Shown in pieces: positions 10,920 through 21,683 of a stretch of DNA of 64,000 bases. A program made the position numbers and the translations under genes. The first letter of the stretch is position 1; each line of letters begins with the position of its first letter. The notes beneath the pieces are model-generated. The model worked only from the letters and a program-made list of their open reading frames with translations, had not been told where the DNA came from and ran no database searches. Source of the DNA: Cyanidioschyzon merolae (lineage: Eukaryota); the NCBI GenBank assembly GCA_000091205.1, contig AP006497.2. One strand, given 5' to 3'.

Positions 10920-11650
10920 TTGTTTGAGGTTTGAGACACAAATGAACGGAAAAACTGTACTTTGCTACAACTTTAACGCAAGTACAACTTTTATATTAGA
11001 GCAGCACGCTATTGATCAGGATCGCGTTTCCCTTCAGCTGCGGGATGCGCGTCGTGACTCGAAAACTAACAGATCTCCCTGGTGCGCAAATCGATAGCGC
11101 TATGTAGAACAAAGAACAGAGACTCACGACTAGCGAGCAACGATACAGCAATTTCTCTCCCGTTCTACGATAAACGTTGAAAACGGGGAAAAGGTTCCCA
11201 TATTCTGAAGAGTCCTCCCTCTAGGCGAAAAGTCCCGCGAGCCGGACGAGTCTCCCGGACTCGTGCTTCGTGCTCCACCCAGTAGCGGGCGCTGTGGCGA
11301 GACCTGAGCAGTTCGTCCGCAACGCGGTTCATTCTGGGACTAGATGCGGGATGCTGTGTTTGGTCGTCGCCCTGATCGCAGTAGACTCCTAATATATCGG
11401 TTCGCGCTTTCGCAGGCAGTAGTTCTGTCTGTTTAGCCTACAGGCTCCCAGAATTATTCTGGACTCCAACGCTGTATCAGGTAAAGCGTTCCTCAATCCG
11501 TCGCCCTCAGTGGTATGGCAACGCTGTTCTATCTCCATGATGCATCCGTCCCAGTGGTATAGGCGCTAAGGCGGGTGCCCAAAGCAGGCACTCGGTCGCA
11601 CTACAGAACGCACAAAACGATCTGTACATCCGAAAGGAAGTATAAGGAAC
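10920..11650 (-). repeat. 'V' upstream module attached to copy B (homologous to 36290-37062 of copy D)
   Basis: The reverse complement of 10920-11650 aligns by eye with 36290-37062. Matching pairs include tttttcgcggtttaYAScagaagcgttcaaa, gagccggacgagtNtc, gacctgagcagNtcgtccgca, and caggcactcgg...gtaYatccga. Confidence 0.6.
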
Positions 11651-11897
11651 GGAGCATGGAGGTAGAGTGCATCATGATGGACACTTTTTCGATCAGCTAT
11701 ACCCATCCATCTCGCTATCTGGAATCCAAGTACAATGTAAACGTTTTGTCATTGGAGAGAAATCAGCGGCAACAGCAAATGCAGCGGATTTTGTTCCATG
11801 TGAAAACTTCTCACACAGGCGAGCGTGCCGCGACTCTGTGTGCTTGCTACCTGCGCGCGGTGAAACTTTCGTCGTTCCACGCTTTACGTCCGAGTTT

Positions 11898-12185
11898 CAT
11901 AACCCATACTTCTTCTCGGATGTACTGGCGTTTCAGACGTACTATCGGGCGCCGAGTGCCTGCCCGTGAACATCCGCCTCAATAGCGCTTGTAGCGCCGG
12001 TGCTGTCGTAGCACAGAAACAGAACGGCGTTGCCGTACCGCAGACGGCGTCTGCTCGAGGCATGCTTCACCTGACGTAGAACTGGGTCTCGTTGTCAGGT
12101 TGTGCTCGGACAGCCTGCGGATGCAAAACTTGCTTTCGCTGCACAACACATTGGAGAAACTTGGCTGTTACGATGAATCCTGGGA
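11898..12185 (+). repeat. Second, inverted partial copy of the V module (homologous to 22052-22338)
   Basis: 11915-12170 aligns with 22069-22323 at a constant offset of ~10154. Shared strings include ctcggatNtNctgg, gaacggcgttgccgta, gacgtagaaNNgggtctcg and ctggagaaacttggctgtta. Its first ~165 bp form an inverted repeat with 11479-11641. Confidence 0.6.
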
Positions 12186-12701
12186 GCCGCCTCTCTCCTG
12201 CGTGATCGTACATGGAAAGCGTCGCCCTCGGTTGGCGACTCGGGTCTGTGCTTGGCACCCACCAGTGAGTAGGTACGCGTAACACTGGTCCCGTGTGCGC
12301 ATCTGGTTTGCTGGACCTTCCACCTAGAAGGTAGAGTATGAGTTCGCTGACCACTGGTGAGTGCTGGAGCTCAGTTACGGGACCATCAGTTGCTAGCACT
12401 ACACTCAAAGTAAGTGGCTGGCCTTCATTTACCACAGTGATTCCCAGATGTTAATGTCTCTCAAAGAGATAGCTGCGTTCTTTTTTTCCAGCACAGGCAC
12501 AGAAAGCTTAAGTGTGCTGGCGTCTCTGGCATCCCGATTCCGCTGCACCGAACGCCGCGATCCTTCGAAGCCCTGCATCGCGAGCACGCTGCCGCCCATC
12601 GTCGATGATCACGAAACGATTTTTCCGTTCGTGTTGCATGAACGTTTGCGTTCTTACTTGATTGCAACTCGCAGTTTCATTGTTGTGTATAACGCTGGAT
12701 A

Positions 12702-13424
12702 ATGTTCGTGCTTACAACAAATAGCCTTACGTTTAGAACGGTGCCTCGGTGTTATCCTGGTACGGTCGAACGTCAGCATACAACGCTGGGCAGGAAGCGT
12801 GTGGCACTGCGCATGACGTATGCGCTGCCGAGTACAGTTGATAACGCGCGTGGAGGGAGCGGAAGCGGTGGCGACGGTGGCGGCTCCTCGGGCTCCGATG
12901 ACGACTACATACCAGATATGGGGAAGCGCACGCTGCTGAGCCTCATTCTCTTGGGTTCAGTTGGACTCCCAGCAAGCATCATGCTGAGCACATACGCAAG
13001 CTACTTCATGCCGCCGTCGAAGAACAAGAGTTCAGGCGGCGTGATTGCCAAGGACGCCCTCGGGACGCCTATCAAGAAGGAGGAGTATCTGAAGACGCAT
13101 CCCCCCGGCTCTCGTGATCTTGTGCAAGGCCTGAACGGGGAGCCCACGTATCTTGTTGTGAACGACGCCGGCGAGCTCGAAACCTACGCACTGAATGCTG
13201 TTTGCACGCACCTCGGCTGCGTGGTGCCTTGGTACGCAGCACAGAACAAGTTCATTTGCCCTTGCCATGGCTCGCAGTACGATCGTACAGGGAAGGTGGT
13301 GCGCGGTCCAGCTCCGCTTCCGCTCGCTCTGGCACATACCAAAGTGGATGATGACGGGTTCGTACAGATCAAACCCTGGAAGGAGACCGACTTTCGAACT
13401 GGTGAGAAGCCCTGGTGGAAGTGA
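12702..13424 (+). CDS. petC: Cytochrome b6-f complex Rieske iron-sulfur subunit precursor (nucleus-encoded PetC)
   Basis: The ATG is at 12702. The Rieske boxes are [10 protein letters not shown] and [20 protein letters not shown], and the b6f-type C-terminus reads [29 protein letters not shown] helix [21 protein letters not shown] is present. An N-terminal extension of about 70 aa is consistent with a targeting peptide. Confidence 0.9.
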   Translation: MFVLTTNSLTFRTVPRCYPGTVERQHTTLGRKRVALRMTYALPSTVDNARGGSGSGGDGGGSSGSDDDYIPDMGKRTLLSLILLGSVGLPASIMLSTYASYFMPPSKNKSSGGVIAKDALGTPIKKEEYLKTHPPGSRDLVQGLNGEPTYLVVNDAGELETYALNAVCTHLGCVVPWYAAQNKFICPCHGSQYDRTGKVVRGPAPLPLALAHTKVDDDGFVQIKPWKETDFRTGEKPWWK

Positions 13425-14410
13425 TGTTCTGTAAAATACCTAGTGTGTTGGAGGGCGCGGTCGAACAGACCTCGAGTGGTAAACGACATGCTTTTAGCTT
13501 GACTTGGTCGTAGTGCAATGCGCGATCATACGGCCTGTGGGCCAGCGGAGACGGCCTCGTAACGAGACGTTTTCGGGGTTCCCGTTTCTGCTGCGCACGT
13601 TCGACGTGTCTGTTCATGACCAGACTGTGATGGATGGACCCGAGGAGCAGCGCTAAAGACGCGCCCTTTCCGAATACATGTTGAAACGCGGTGCGAAACA
13701 GTCTCACGAAGGGCACGCACGAAGCGGAAACCCGGCAGTGTCTCCAGGTCACGCTCCACTGCATTGAACGTAGCGCCTTGGATGCACCGGTGGATATCGG
13801 ATTCGAGTACTACACGAGACGCAAAACGACGGAATGGAGAGGCGTCCTTGTTCCCACGACCAACTCTTGGCCAGGTACACCTACATGGCGCGCTTCCATA
13901 AACAGACAGCCCCACGACAGGTTCATCTCAATCACTGCCTGGAGAATATCATCAGACCAGTTGCTGGCCTGATGCAGACGAAGCGTGAACGGACGCATAT
14001 CGGTATCATGCACTGAATGCACAGAGACAAGTCCGTTGTCGACGGCAGCGCTGCAGGCATATTTGCACATGTGCACTTTATCGGGGGCGCGTCTTTGCTA
14101 GCTTGCTTGCTTGCTACTGGATGCTCGTTACCGCTTGTGGCGCCTTGCGCTCCAAAAGAGGTCTTGGAATAACAAAGTTCCGGATACCGCAGAACGCGCT
14201 GTTTGTAGCGAACGCAGCACGTCGCCTGCACCAGGCTGCCCCAGACTCGAGTGCCGACCAGCGAGCAGGCGGCCGCGGGTAACCTCGACGACAACAGCTC
14301 TGATTTGCGAAGACTCCCCAAAAAGCCAACAAAGTCCAAAGGTGCTTTCAACGTGGAAATCATCCCAGTCGGCCGCACAGGTTGCGGACGATTACCACCC
14401 AGAGCGAGGT

Positions 14411-14668
14411 TTAGCTGGTGTCCGGCGTTTGGCCCGTCACCGCCGGGTTCGGAAGTCGCTCTTCACGTCGTGCCTGGCGTATTTCGGCCAGCCAAAGGTC
14501 ACGACAGCGTCGATAGCACTCTTTCTTTTCGCGGCAGGTATCGTGTGCCCCAGGCTGGCGCTTGGCTTCCCCGACGCAGCGTAGCGCCTCCTCCCTGAGC
14601 CTAGCACAGGGGTCCGCCGGCGCTGCCGGACTCACCACGCTCGTCGAAGACGATCGCGCAGCGCTCAT
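14411..14668 (-). CDS. Small twin-CX9C (CHCH-domain) protein, probably mitochondrial intermembrane space
   Basis: ORF 14411-14767(-), trimmed to the internal ATG (MSAARSS...). Two exact CX9C pairs are present: C-ARLREEALR-C and C-REKKECYRR-C. Confidence 0.5.
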   Translation of the reverse strand: MSAARSSSTSVVSPAAPADPCARLREEALRCVGEAKRQPGAHDTCREKKECYRRCRDLWLAEIRQARREERLPNPAVTGQTPDTS

Positions 14669-14983
14669 GGCAAAAACGCAACTCGTGAACGTCCCCCGGC
14701 TGCTGGGTTTTCCTCTCGCAACAAGCTCGACTCGAAAGGCAGCGAGATGTCTACCGAAACATTCCAAGCGTTTTACGGATCAGTGCGCCCTCAGCAGCGC
14801 CGTGCGGAAAAGCGCTCTGAACGATTGGATGGGATCCAGATGCCTATGCTGCAGGGTATTTCCTGTGAATGCAGAGCACTCGTTTCCGGTTTCTATGTTG
14901 CCGTCGCATGCACAGGTGTAAGCGGACAGTGAATTGACCTCTTGCGCTGCACTCGTGAAATGTCGAGCACGAATTCATCCATG

Positions 14984-15403
14984 TCAAACTGAAATGGTAT
15001 TTGCCGCAAGCTTCCCATGAAGAGGCATTTGCTGGTCGCATTTGGACTTTGGAAGCGATGCTGAAGACAAGTTCATCGCCGCGAACTCGCGTTGGAGCGG
15101 GATGCTTTGGCATTTCGCGACTGCAAAGCAACGTTCAGTGAGTGCTGGTGAGTGCCAGCACGCACATGCCAGCACCATGCCCTGAACAGACCCAGAAAAC
15201 GAATCGACGCGAATGTTTAGCTGCTTTTTCACCAGATGTGTCATATTGGCATCTATCGGATGCGTGAACGCTACCATCAAAGAGGCCCGAGGTTTCCGTT
15301 CTTGTAGTCTTTGTACTAAATTCTGTTTCACTTCCGCTGCGATGTCTAGAAGGAGATCGAAATCACAATGCAATGCATAGTGTAGATCGTAGATGATTTG
15401 CAT
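14984..15403 (-). CDS. Hypothetical protein (139 aa), no recognisable domain
   Basis: ATG-initiated ORF in an otherwise unassigned interval. I recognise no motif. Confidence 0.2.
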   Translation of the reverse strand: MQIIYDLHYALHCDFDLLLDIAAEVKQNLVQRLQERKPRASLMVAFTHPIDANMTHLVKKQLNIRVDSFSGSVQGMVLACACWHSPALTERCFAVAKCQSIPLQREFAAMNLSSASLPKSKCDQQMPLHGKLAANTISV

Positions 15404-16057
15404 GTAGCATATACATTCATTTCTGAACAGTGCAAGGAAGACTGTATTCCTCGTTTAGGACAGTCATACCACCGTACTCAGATGGTTGGCAAACACTGTA
15501 AGAAAAATGTAGATGCACTCCGTGCCAGAGATCGATATTCATTGAGGTCGCTTGCAGTCGATCTTAGAAAACGATCCGTTGATCACCATTTTCGGAAAGC
15601 AACAGCGACGATAATAGCCGCCACAGGCGTCACCGTTTCTCAACAGCTTATTCTTATGATCCCGAAAACATTGGGATACAATCTCAAAAAAAGTCATCGT
15701 TCAAGCAAAGGCATCTTCCATCCAAATCGCAACGACAGAGTCCCTGGAACGTCACGATCGATAGGAACCACTGGATCGTCAGTTTGTTTGTTCAGTTGAT
15801 GAAAATTGCTTCAGAAGGCACGCTCGGAGCGTCAATGGGTATTCGAGGTGAAGGGCGCCCGTTGTACGTTCGATCGAGCTCGAAGAGAACGACGAAATCA
15901 TCATCTATTATAGCTTTAGAAGATTTATTTGGCGGCCTCAGTTTCACTTGTAGAAAAGACACATGCAACAGCACCAACCAATTTGTCCAAGCATTGAAGA
16001 CTTTTACCCGACGTCTGGCGACGTCCTTCTATTGGGCAACGTGGCATATCACCATAT

Positions 16058-18612
16058 CGCTTGCGTTCGAGCTTTTTGCCGATTCTATCGGGGTAGGGGT
16101 GATTTTTGTTCGTCTGTGCGCTCCGTGGTTCAAGCGCATTGTAGGAGTGTTTTCTATCGTGAAACGTGATGATCGCTCCCCCGGGCGAAACGCTGAGCGT
16201 TCATCACTCGGTAACACATCGGGGTACATGCCATTTATCTTGCGAAAGCCACGCTCCCTCCGAGAAAGCCCTCATCTAAGGGCAAAAAACGTGCGGTCGT
16301 TTTGACGAAATAAAACTCCAAAACAAAGCTATGCACGTGCAAGTCGGGGATCCTGAAGGGCCCTTGCCGCCGGCTGGCAGAAAAAAACGAAAAATTCTGC
16401 CAATGGAATAGGAACAAAACAGAACGAAGAAGCAAAAGGGCGAGGCCCGACGTCAAAAGCTGCGCGAAAGACGACTATGCGACGAGACGCTGGCGAAAGC
16501 CTGTCTTGGTAACCATATCAAGGATTCGGACAAGCAAACATGCAACAAGTCATCCGAGACCGTGTCGAGTCGCACTCCATGAGTATTGTAAAGGATTCTT
16601 CAGGACTAATGCCTTTGACGAAGGAGATGAATCGCGGCGTGACGGGCATCAAAACAGTCGAGGTTCCGGGAGAATTTTTCAACACCATCGTTATGCATCA
16701 CCTGATGCTTGGCACAGGGGAAACGTCGAGGAGAAAGGAGCGAATGCATGCCCTCCACAAAATTACCCCGAATACCCTTTTCATCGGTAATCGATACCGG
16801 CGTGACTCGGATATTTACACGTACGGGGCGAAAAAGTACCTCACGAACCTAAAGAACCATATGAACATGAACCTCACACGTTTCATGATACGTTCCGTCT
16901 TCGCGCTGGACCCGTGCCTCTTTCGCAAAGCGATAGACGGGTTACCATCAATGGCATCTCGAACGATAGTAAGAACGAACAGGAGATCGAACTCGTCGAC
17001 AAGAAGACCTCGCACAGGAGCATGAATGAGGCTTCTGTCATCCGCGCGGCTATTCAAGAGCACCGTGCACTCTTGGGGCTCGTTGACCCAGCAGAACAGG
17101 TATCAGAGATGAAAAAGATGGAAAAAGAAAGATGTTACCCACACTTCCTGCGCTATTTCGTGTATTTGGACCAAGAACTCGAACGCAAGGCTGGGATGGA
17201 GCAGGGTGTGCGGAAAAATGCAGAGTCGGTAGAACGGAAGGCTGCGCTTGCGGGTACGCGCTTCGAAGTCGTTCGGTTATGCGAGATCAAGTCGCACTTT
17301 GTGACAATCGACTCCAGAGTCCTTTACGGAATACTGAAGGAGATAAGTTCGGGGCTCGATGTACGCAACAAGGAGTTCACCGGTGAAAATCGGGACACGT
17401 ACTGGACGCATGTCTTCGACGTCAAGCGTCTCAATACGAGCCAGAAAAGGTATTCAGAGGTGTCATCGAAACTAAATGAGTAGCCATGTGTGCACACGAT
17501 CGGCGCTTGAAGGCAGATCGTCATATCGTGCCTTCGGCTTCGCCCGTGACGAAGCATGAAGATGTGAAGCAGGCGGATCCCGCGACGCAGGAGGTTCAGG
17601 ATACTGGCTTTGGCGGCGGCGCGGACCCTGGGATGACGAATATCATAACGATCGCAGCACCGAAGCGTGCGGGAGATGGTGCTGATGGTAACCTGCGTCA
17701 GATAGAAATGCGTCTCTTGAGGTTCTCGAGACCGAGATACTACCGAGAATCCGGTTCAATGAATGCGAGGAAGAAAATCGAGACATGGAATGCAGGAGTC
17801 AAGGATCAGCTGGAAGCTATGAGCGAGGTGACGATCCGACATGCGGACTTTCAAGATCTGCCAGAGTTCATGGACACTCAAGCTGCTCATGTCGAGGAGC
17901 TGCGGAAAGAGTATCGAAAACAAAGGTGCGCTCGTCAGCGTTTGAATCTGTACAGAGAGAACCAGCGTGCATACGCCAACGATTTCAATCCGTTGAGCGC
18001 CTTGAAGGAGGACGAGAGTCAGAGGCTGGTAGAAGCGTATGGGGCAGCGCGCTAGCTGGCCCGAAAAGGGACTACGCCAGCTCCAACGACAAGAACACTC
18101 AAAGAGCGTACACGGCGTTTTGTTACGATACCAATAGGTGAGTTCCGAACATCGTATACACACCATGAAGTGAGGTGCGTACTTCAGAGGGTCGAGATGG
18201 AAACGTGCCAGCGGAGCCAAGAGGATATAAAAAAGTACAGACCGCTGACGGAGGAGCAAATGGGAAGGAGGGCAAAAGTTCGCGGACTCCTTGCATTCGT
18301 GAGTACAACCAATGATGGCAAGAAACGCATGGAGTTTGTGAACCGAGACTTTAACGCCGCAATCAACATCAGAAGATGTGCGCAGCTGGAGAAAAGACCT
18401 CCAGAGTTGACACGAGAGAGAATTTTGTCAGACGACCTCTCAAGGTCGAAGTATACGAGAAAAAGTTGAAACCAGTAGCAGGTGGCCGGTCGAGAAAGTC
18501 GGGAAGGCGTCTGTACGTCGGCGTATAGGCATCCGATCTGCGGCGCGCCGCTCGCCACTCCTGTACCCCTAGCGACAGCGTTTTTCTTGTGAAAGGCGTT
18601 TGTTTCCAGGGG
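16058..18612 (+). mobile_element. Fanzor/TnpB-like element copy C ('U' 5' module + disrupted nuclease gene + conserved 3' tail)
   Basis: The U module 16058-16329 matches 2902-3190. The gene pieces are 16540-17025, 16914-17483, 17486-18055 (...GGGADPGMTNIITIAAP; Asp codon 17624-17626) and 18170-18469 (...MEFVNRDFNAAINIRRCA; Asp codon 18347-18349).
Lesions:
- frame changes near 16535 and 16925;
- TGG to TAG at 18053-18055, where copy B keeps Trp;
- a +2 bp 'ga' insertion near 18417, which breaks the C-terminal ...TRENFVRRPLKVEVYEKKLKPVAGGRS.
The tail ends ...gaaaggcgtttgtttccagggg at 18612. Confidence 0.75.
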
Positions 18613-18652
18613 TGCCCAGGGGGTCGCTTTAGCCTAGCTTTTGGTCTCGAAA

Positions 18653-20743
18653 ATGCCTCAATGGGACAAGCGCGCCAGACAGCGAAGAAGCAACCAGTCT
18701 CGTTGGCGTCGGGAACCATGGGAGACGCAGGAAGTCGCTTCACCGTTAAGTTGGCTCTGCTTGCCTGCGCGTGTGCTAGCGTGCTTTGGCTCACCTCCGA
18801 GCGAAGAGCTCGCTGAGTCGGCGCAGCCGCCCGACGACATTGTGCCTTGGGAGGACTCCGAAACCGCCGACTCGTCTTCTCAAAGCAGTTTTGGTGGCTC
18901 TGATGAAGGTGCGCGCCAAGAGCTTGCGTGCCGTACGCGAGCGGAGAAAGTGGACGGCAACGGCGCTGGCACCGAGAACGACCAGGATGAGCAACTATCC
19001 GTCGAGCTGGACGCGCTTCGTCGACGTCGCTCCTTCTCGGCCACGAGCTTCCACTTGCCAGCTGTATCCCGTCCAACAGCGGCAGGTAGCATTGTCGACA
19101 TACCGTCAGAGCGTCCACAGACCGCGCAACGCAGAGAACGTCAACGTATCGTGGGCAAGTTGGCGCTCGTTGGGCTCGGTACTCAGCTTCTGCTGCTCAG
19201 CTTGAAGTTGTACAGATTTGAATCGCTCTCACCAGCGTATCTCGTTTTTTCCGTCGCGTTTTTCGTGTTCAGCGGAGGACTTGCTTTCCTGAGTCTCCAC
19301 TACTTTAAAATGGGGCGCCTGCCACCTTTTCTGGATGTGGCTGCAAAACGGCGAGAAGCGTCGCACAACCGTTCGTGTGGGACAAGCCCGGCCCGCTCCA
19401 ACACCGACTCGACGATGCGTACGCTGAGCGGAGCGGGTTCGGCGTTCAGTACTCCAACGGCGGACAGATCGCCATGCACGCCCAAGTCTCGAATTGCCTC
19501 GCGCTCTCGAGAGTACGCTCAAAGCTTCCAAGAAAAAGGCGATGCGCAGGTCGTCAGAACGTCATTTGACTCGCGATCAAACCGACGAATCTTCTCAGTG
19601 CTGGGTGTCGAGAGCTCGCAGTCATTTTGCGAGCAACAGGGGTGCAGTACAAGAATGCCGAGCAAGAGTCGACCGGCAGCGATACGAATCGACGTTACCA
19701 GCGAGCGTACCGCGGCAACATCAGCGAGCGATGACGCAGTTAGTGCGGACAACATCGCCGTGTCCGTCAGAGAGCCGTCCACGCTCTCTGATGCCGATGC
19801 TGATCATACAGAGCATGGTATCGAGAAGCGTCGCGGCACCTTCCGCGAAAAGCCCGGCCAGCGAGGCACGCCCGGTGTTCGCGCTGCTGTTGCCGAAACC
19901 CAGCGACGACATGTGCAGCGGGCGACAGAAACTCGTAGCGCCGGCGCACCGGCCTTGCCGGTACCAGACGCTTCGGACCAGATGAGAGCTGGCGCATCCT
20001 TAGAGCAACGGCGTCGATCCCGCGAGGCATCCTCTCTGTCAGACGACGGAACGCCTCCCGAAGTGCAAATTGAGTCACTGCGTATTGTAGAGAGTTGGGA
20101 GAAGATGCGTATAACAGCAAAGAAGGAAATCTTAGCGGAAGATTTTTGCGAGGGAATGCTCAGTCTATTGAGCGTCATCGATGCATTGGGTCCCGCTTTT
20201 CGAATCATCAAAATCGACATTCGAAATCATGTGAATGGGATCCACCGCAGCTGCACGAAACACAACTGCCGCACCCTGCAGCGCCTCATTGATGCAGAGT
20301 CGAATCGGGTATCACGCTGGTTGAATCCATCGGGCATTGGCGATGGTACGGAACATGTGCTCTGGATGAAACGGGCCATGCAGTTTGTGTACATGCTGTT
20401 GTACATGTTTTTGGATGGCATCGATTTAGACCGGTGTGTATACCATGCATATCGCATGACGCTGCGAGCCTGTCACCCGTACATTGTCCGGAAAGTAGCG
20501 GAGAACCTGCACCGCTTCGTCCCTACCAGAGCTGGCTTTTTGCGCAGAATCCACGCAGATGAGGACTTTGTTTTAACGCAAATGCGGCGATTCTTGAAGG
20601 CAATCGAACCGCGTCTTGATATTATCGTTGAGGTATTCAACGCAAACCAGCTGGAACCGCACTGTCGATTCTCATGCGCAGAATTGCGCCGGCTGGCACA
20701 GCACTGTGCAAAATATGATATCGACGAGGATATGACGCAGTGA
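18653..20743 (+). CDS. Membrane-anchored protein with C-terminal glycolipid-transfer-protein (GLTP) domain
   Basis: ORF 18641-20743 starts on TTG; the first ATG is at 18653 (MPQWDK). Predicted TM segments are LALVGLGTQLLLLSLKL and YLVFSVAFFVFSGGLAFLSL. The GLTP-like C-terminus reads LSLLSVIDALGPAFRIIKIDIRNHVNGI...GTEHVLWMKRAMQFVYMLLYMFL...YHAYRMTLRACHPYIVRKVAENLHRFVPTRAGFL. Confidence 0.7.
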   Translation: MPQWDKRARQRRSNQSRWRREPWETQEVASPLSWLCLPARVLACFGSPPSEELAESAQPPDDIVPWEDSETADSSSQSSFGGSDEGARQELACRTRAEKVDGNGAGTENDQDEQLSVELDALRRRRSFSATSFHLPAVSRPTAAGSIVDIPSERPQTAQRRERQRIVGKLALVGLGTQLLLLSLKLYRFESLSPAYLVFSVAFFVFSGGLAFLSLHYFKMGRLPPFLDVAAKRREASHNRSCGTSPARSNTDSTMRTLSGAGSAFSTPTADRSPCTPKSRIASRSREYAQSFQEKGDAQVVRTSFDSRSNRRIFSVLGVESSQSFCEQQGCSTRMPSKSRPAAIRIDVTSERTAATSASDDAVSADNIAVSVREPSTLSDADADHTEHGIEKRRGTFREKPGQRGTPGVRAAVAETQRRHVQRATETRSAGAPALPVPDASDQMRAGASLEQRRRSREASSLSDDGTPPEVQIESLRIVESWEKMRITAKKEILAEDFCEGMLSLLSVIDALGPAFRIIKIDIRNHVNGIHRSCTKHNCRTLQRLIDAESNRVSRWLNPSGIGDGTEHVLWMKRAMQFVYMLLYMFLDGIDLDRCVYHAYRMTLRACHPYIVRKVAENLHRFVPTRAGFLRRIHADEDFVLTQMRRFLKAIEPRLDIIVEVFNANQLEPHCRFSCAELRRLAQHCAKYDIDEDMTQ

Positions 20744-21173
20744 ATGTAGATTTCAGTTGAGTCCAGCGAAACTCCTGTTTTGATCGGCGGTTTCCGCACG
20801 CGTCGCGTTCGCTGGCCTTTAGGTGCTCGCGGCATGACGAATGCGGATAAACGATCTCGTATCTTCAGAAAGCTCCTGAGCCATGGATGGATCGCGACCT
20901 ACCCTGGTTCGTCATGCGACCTTGTCCTGCGGTTGCGCGCACTCATTCATCGATATCGCCACAAAAATGCCGGTATCGGACACGGGGTGGTGTGTTCGCG
21001 AGGGTGATAGGGGGTTTTCTGTAATCATGCTGCTTGCATATCACGTAAGTGACATGCCGTAGAGTCGTGGTCAATCCAGGCTCTCGAAAAGCAACCTTCG
21101 TGGACTCGTTTCATAAACCCATCATAAGCTTCGTTTGGATGCTGTCGCGTGCAGACTGCCGCGTTTCTCCGAG

Positions 21174-21683
21174 TCAGCTTTGTTCATGGTCCTTGACCCA
21201 TTTCAAAAAGAGGATGCTAGCGTCCAGTGGGTCCACTTTTGGCGAAAAGCCCCAGTAGTAGACCGAGGCAGCGTGACCGCCCATCAGTGCTGCCGCTGCA
21301 AAGCCTGCAGTTGCAGCGAGTGTTGCCCCGAGCCCCGAGCGCCCATACTTGTACGCAAACGCACCCGACCCAACCGCACCAGCAAGTCCAGTGGCGATTG
21401 CGAAGTTACCTGCCCTTCGACTCTGCCTGAGACAGTTTGCCTCCGCGGGGTGCTCCCTGGCAAACTCGCGAAAAGCTCCGCGCTTCCAGGACTTTACCTC
21501 ACCAACAGCGGCATACTCTTTCAGTTGTCGAAACGTTCGGAACTGATCCCAAAAGGAATCTCCCTCTCTTGACATAGAGTCTCGGTAGCCTAAACTGTGA
21601 AAGCGACAGCAAATGCGCCCACGCAGAGCCAGGTGTCGATCATCGGAGAATGTCCGAGCGACTGCGAGCGTGCCTGTTTGCAT
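21174..21683 (-). CDS. Hypothetical small membrane protein with glycine-zipper segments
   Basis: ATG-initiated 169-aa ORF. Its Gly/Ala-rich hydrophobic stretches are GNFAIATGLAGAVGSGAFAY and GATLAATAGFAAAALMGGHAA. No family is assigned. Confidence 0.35.
   Translation of the reverse strand: MQTGTLAVARTFSDDRHLALRGRICCRFHSLGYRDSMSREGDSFWDQFRTFRQLKEYAAVGEVKSWKRGAFREFAREHPAEANCLRQSRRAGNFAIATGLAGAVGSGAFAYKYGRSGLGATLAATAGFAAAALMGGHAASVYYWGFSPKVDPLDASILFLKWVKDHEQS

Noticed and set aside
16330-18530. Could the frame breaks in the nuclease copies be short spliceosomal introns rather than mutations?
   Set aside because: The breaks fall at different places in B than in C/D. Several are single nonsense substitutions of codons that are sense in other copies. 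The shifts are 1-2 nt changes in homopolymer or dinucleotide runs, and I found no GT...AG intervals of plausible length at them. Host genes here are essentially intron-free.
18369-19118. A 249-aa minus-strand ORF spanning the copy-C tail and the start of the GLTP gene.
   Set aside because: It crosses an element/host boundary antisense to both, has no recognisable domain, and has Arg/Pro/Ala-rich GC-driven composition.
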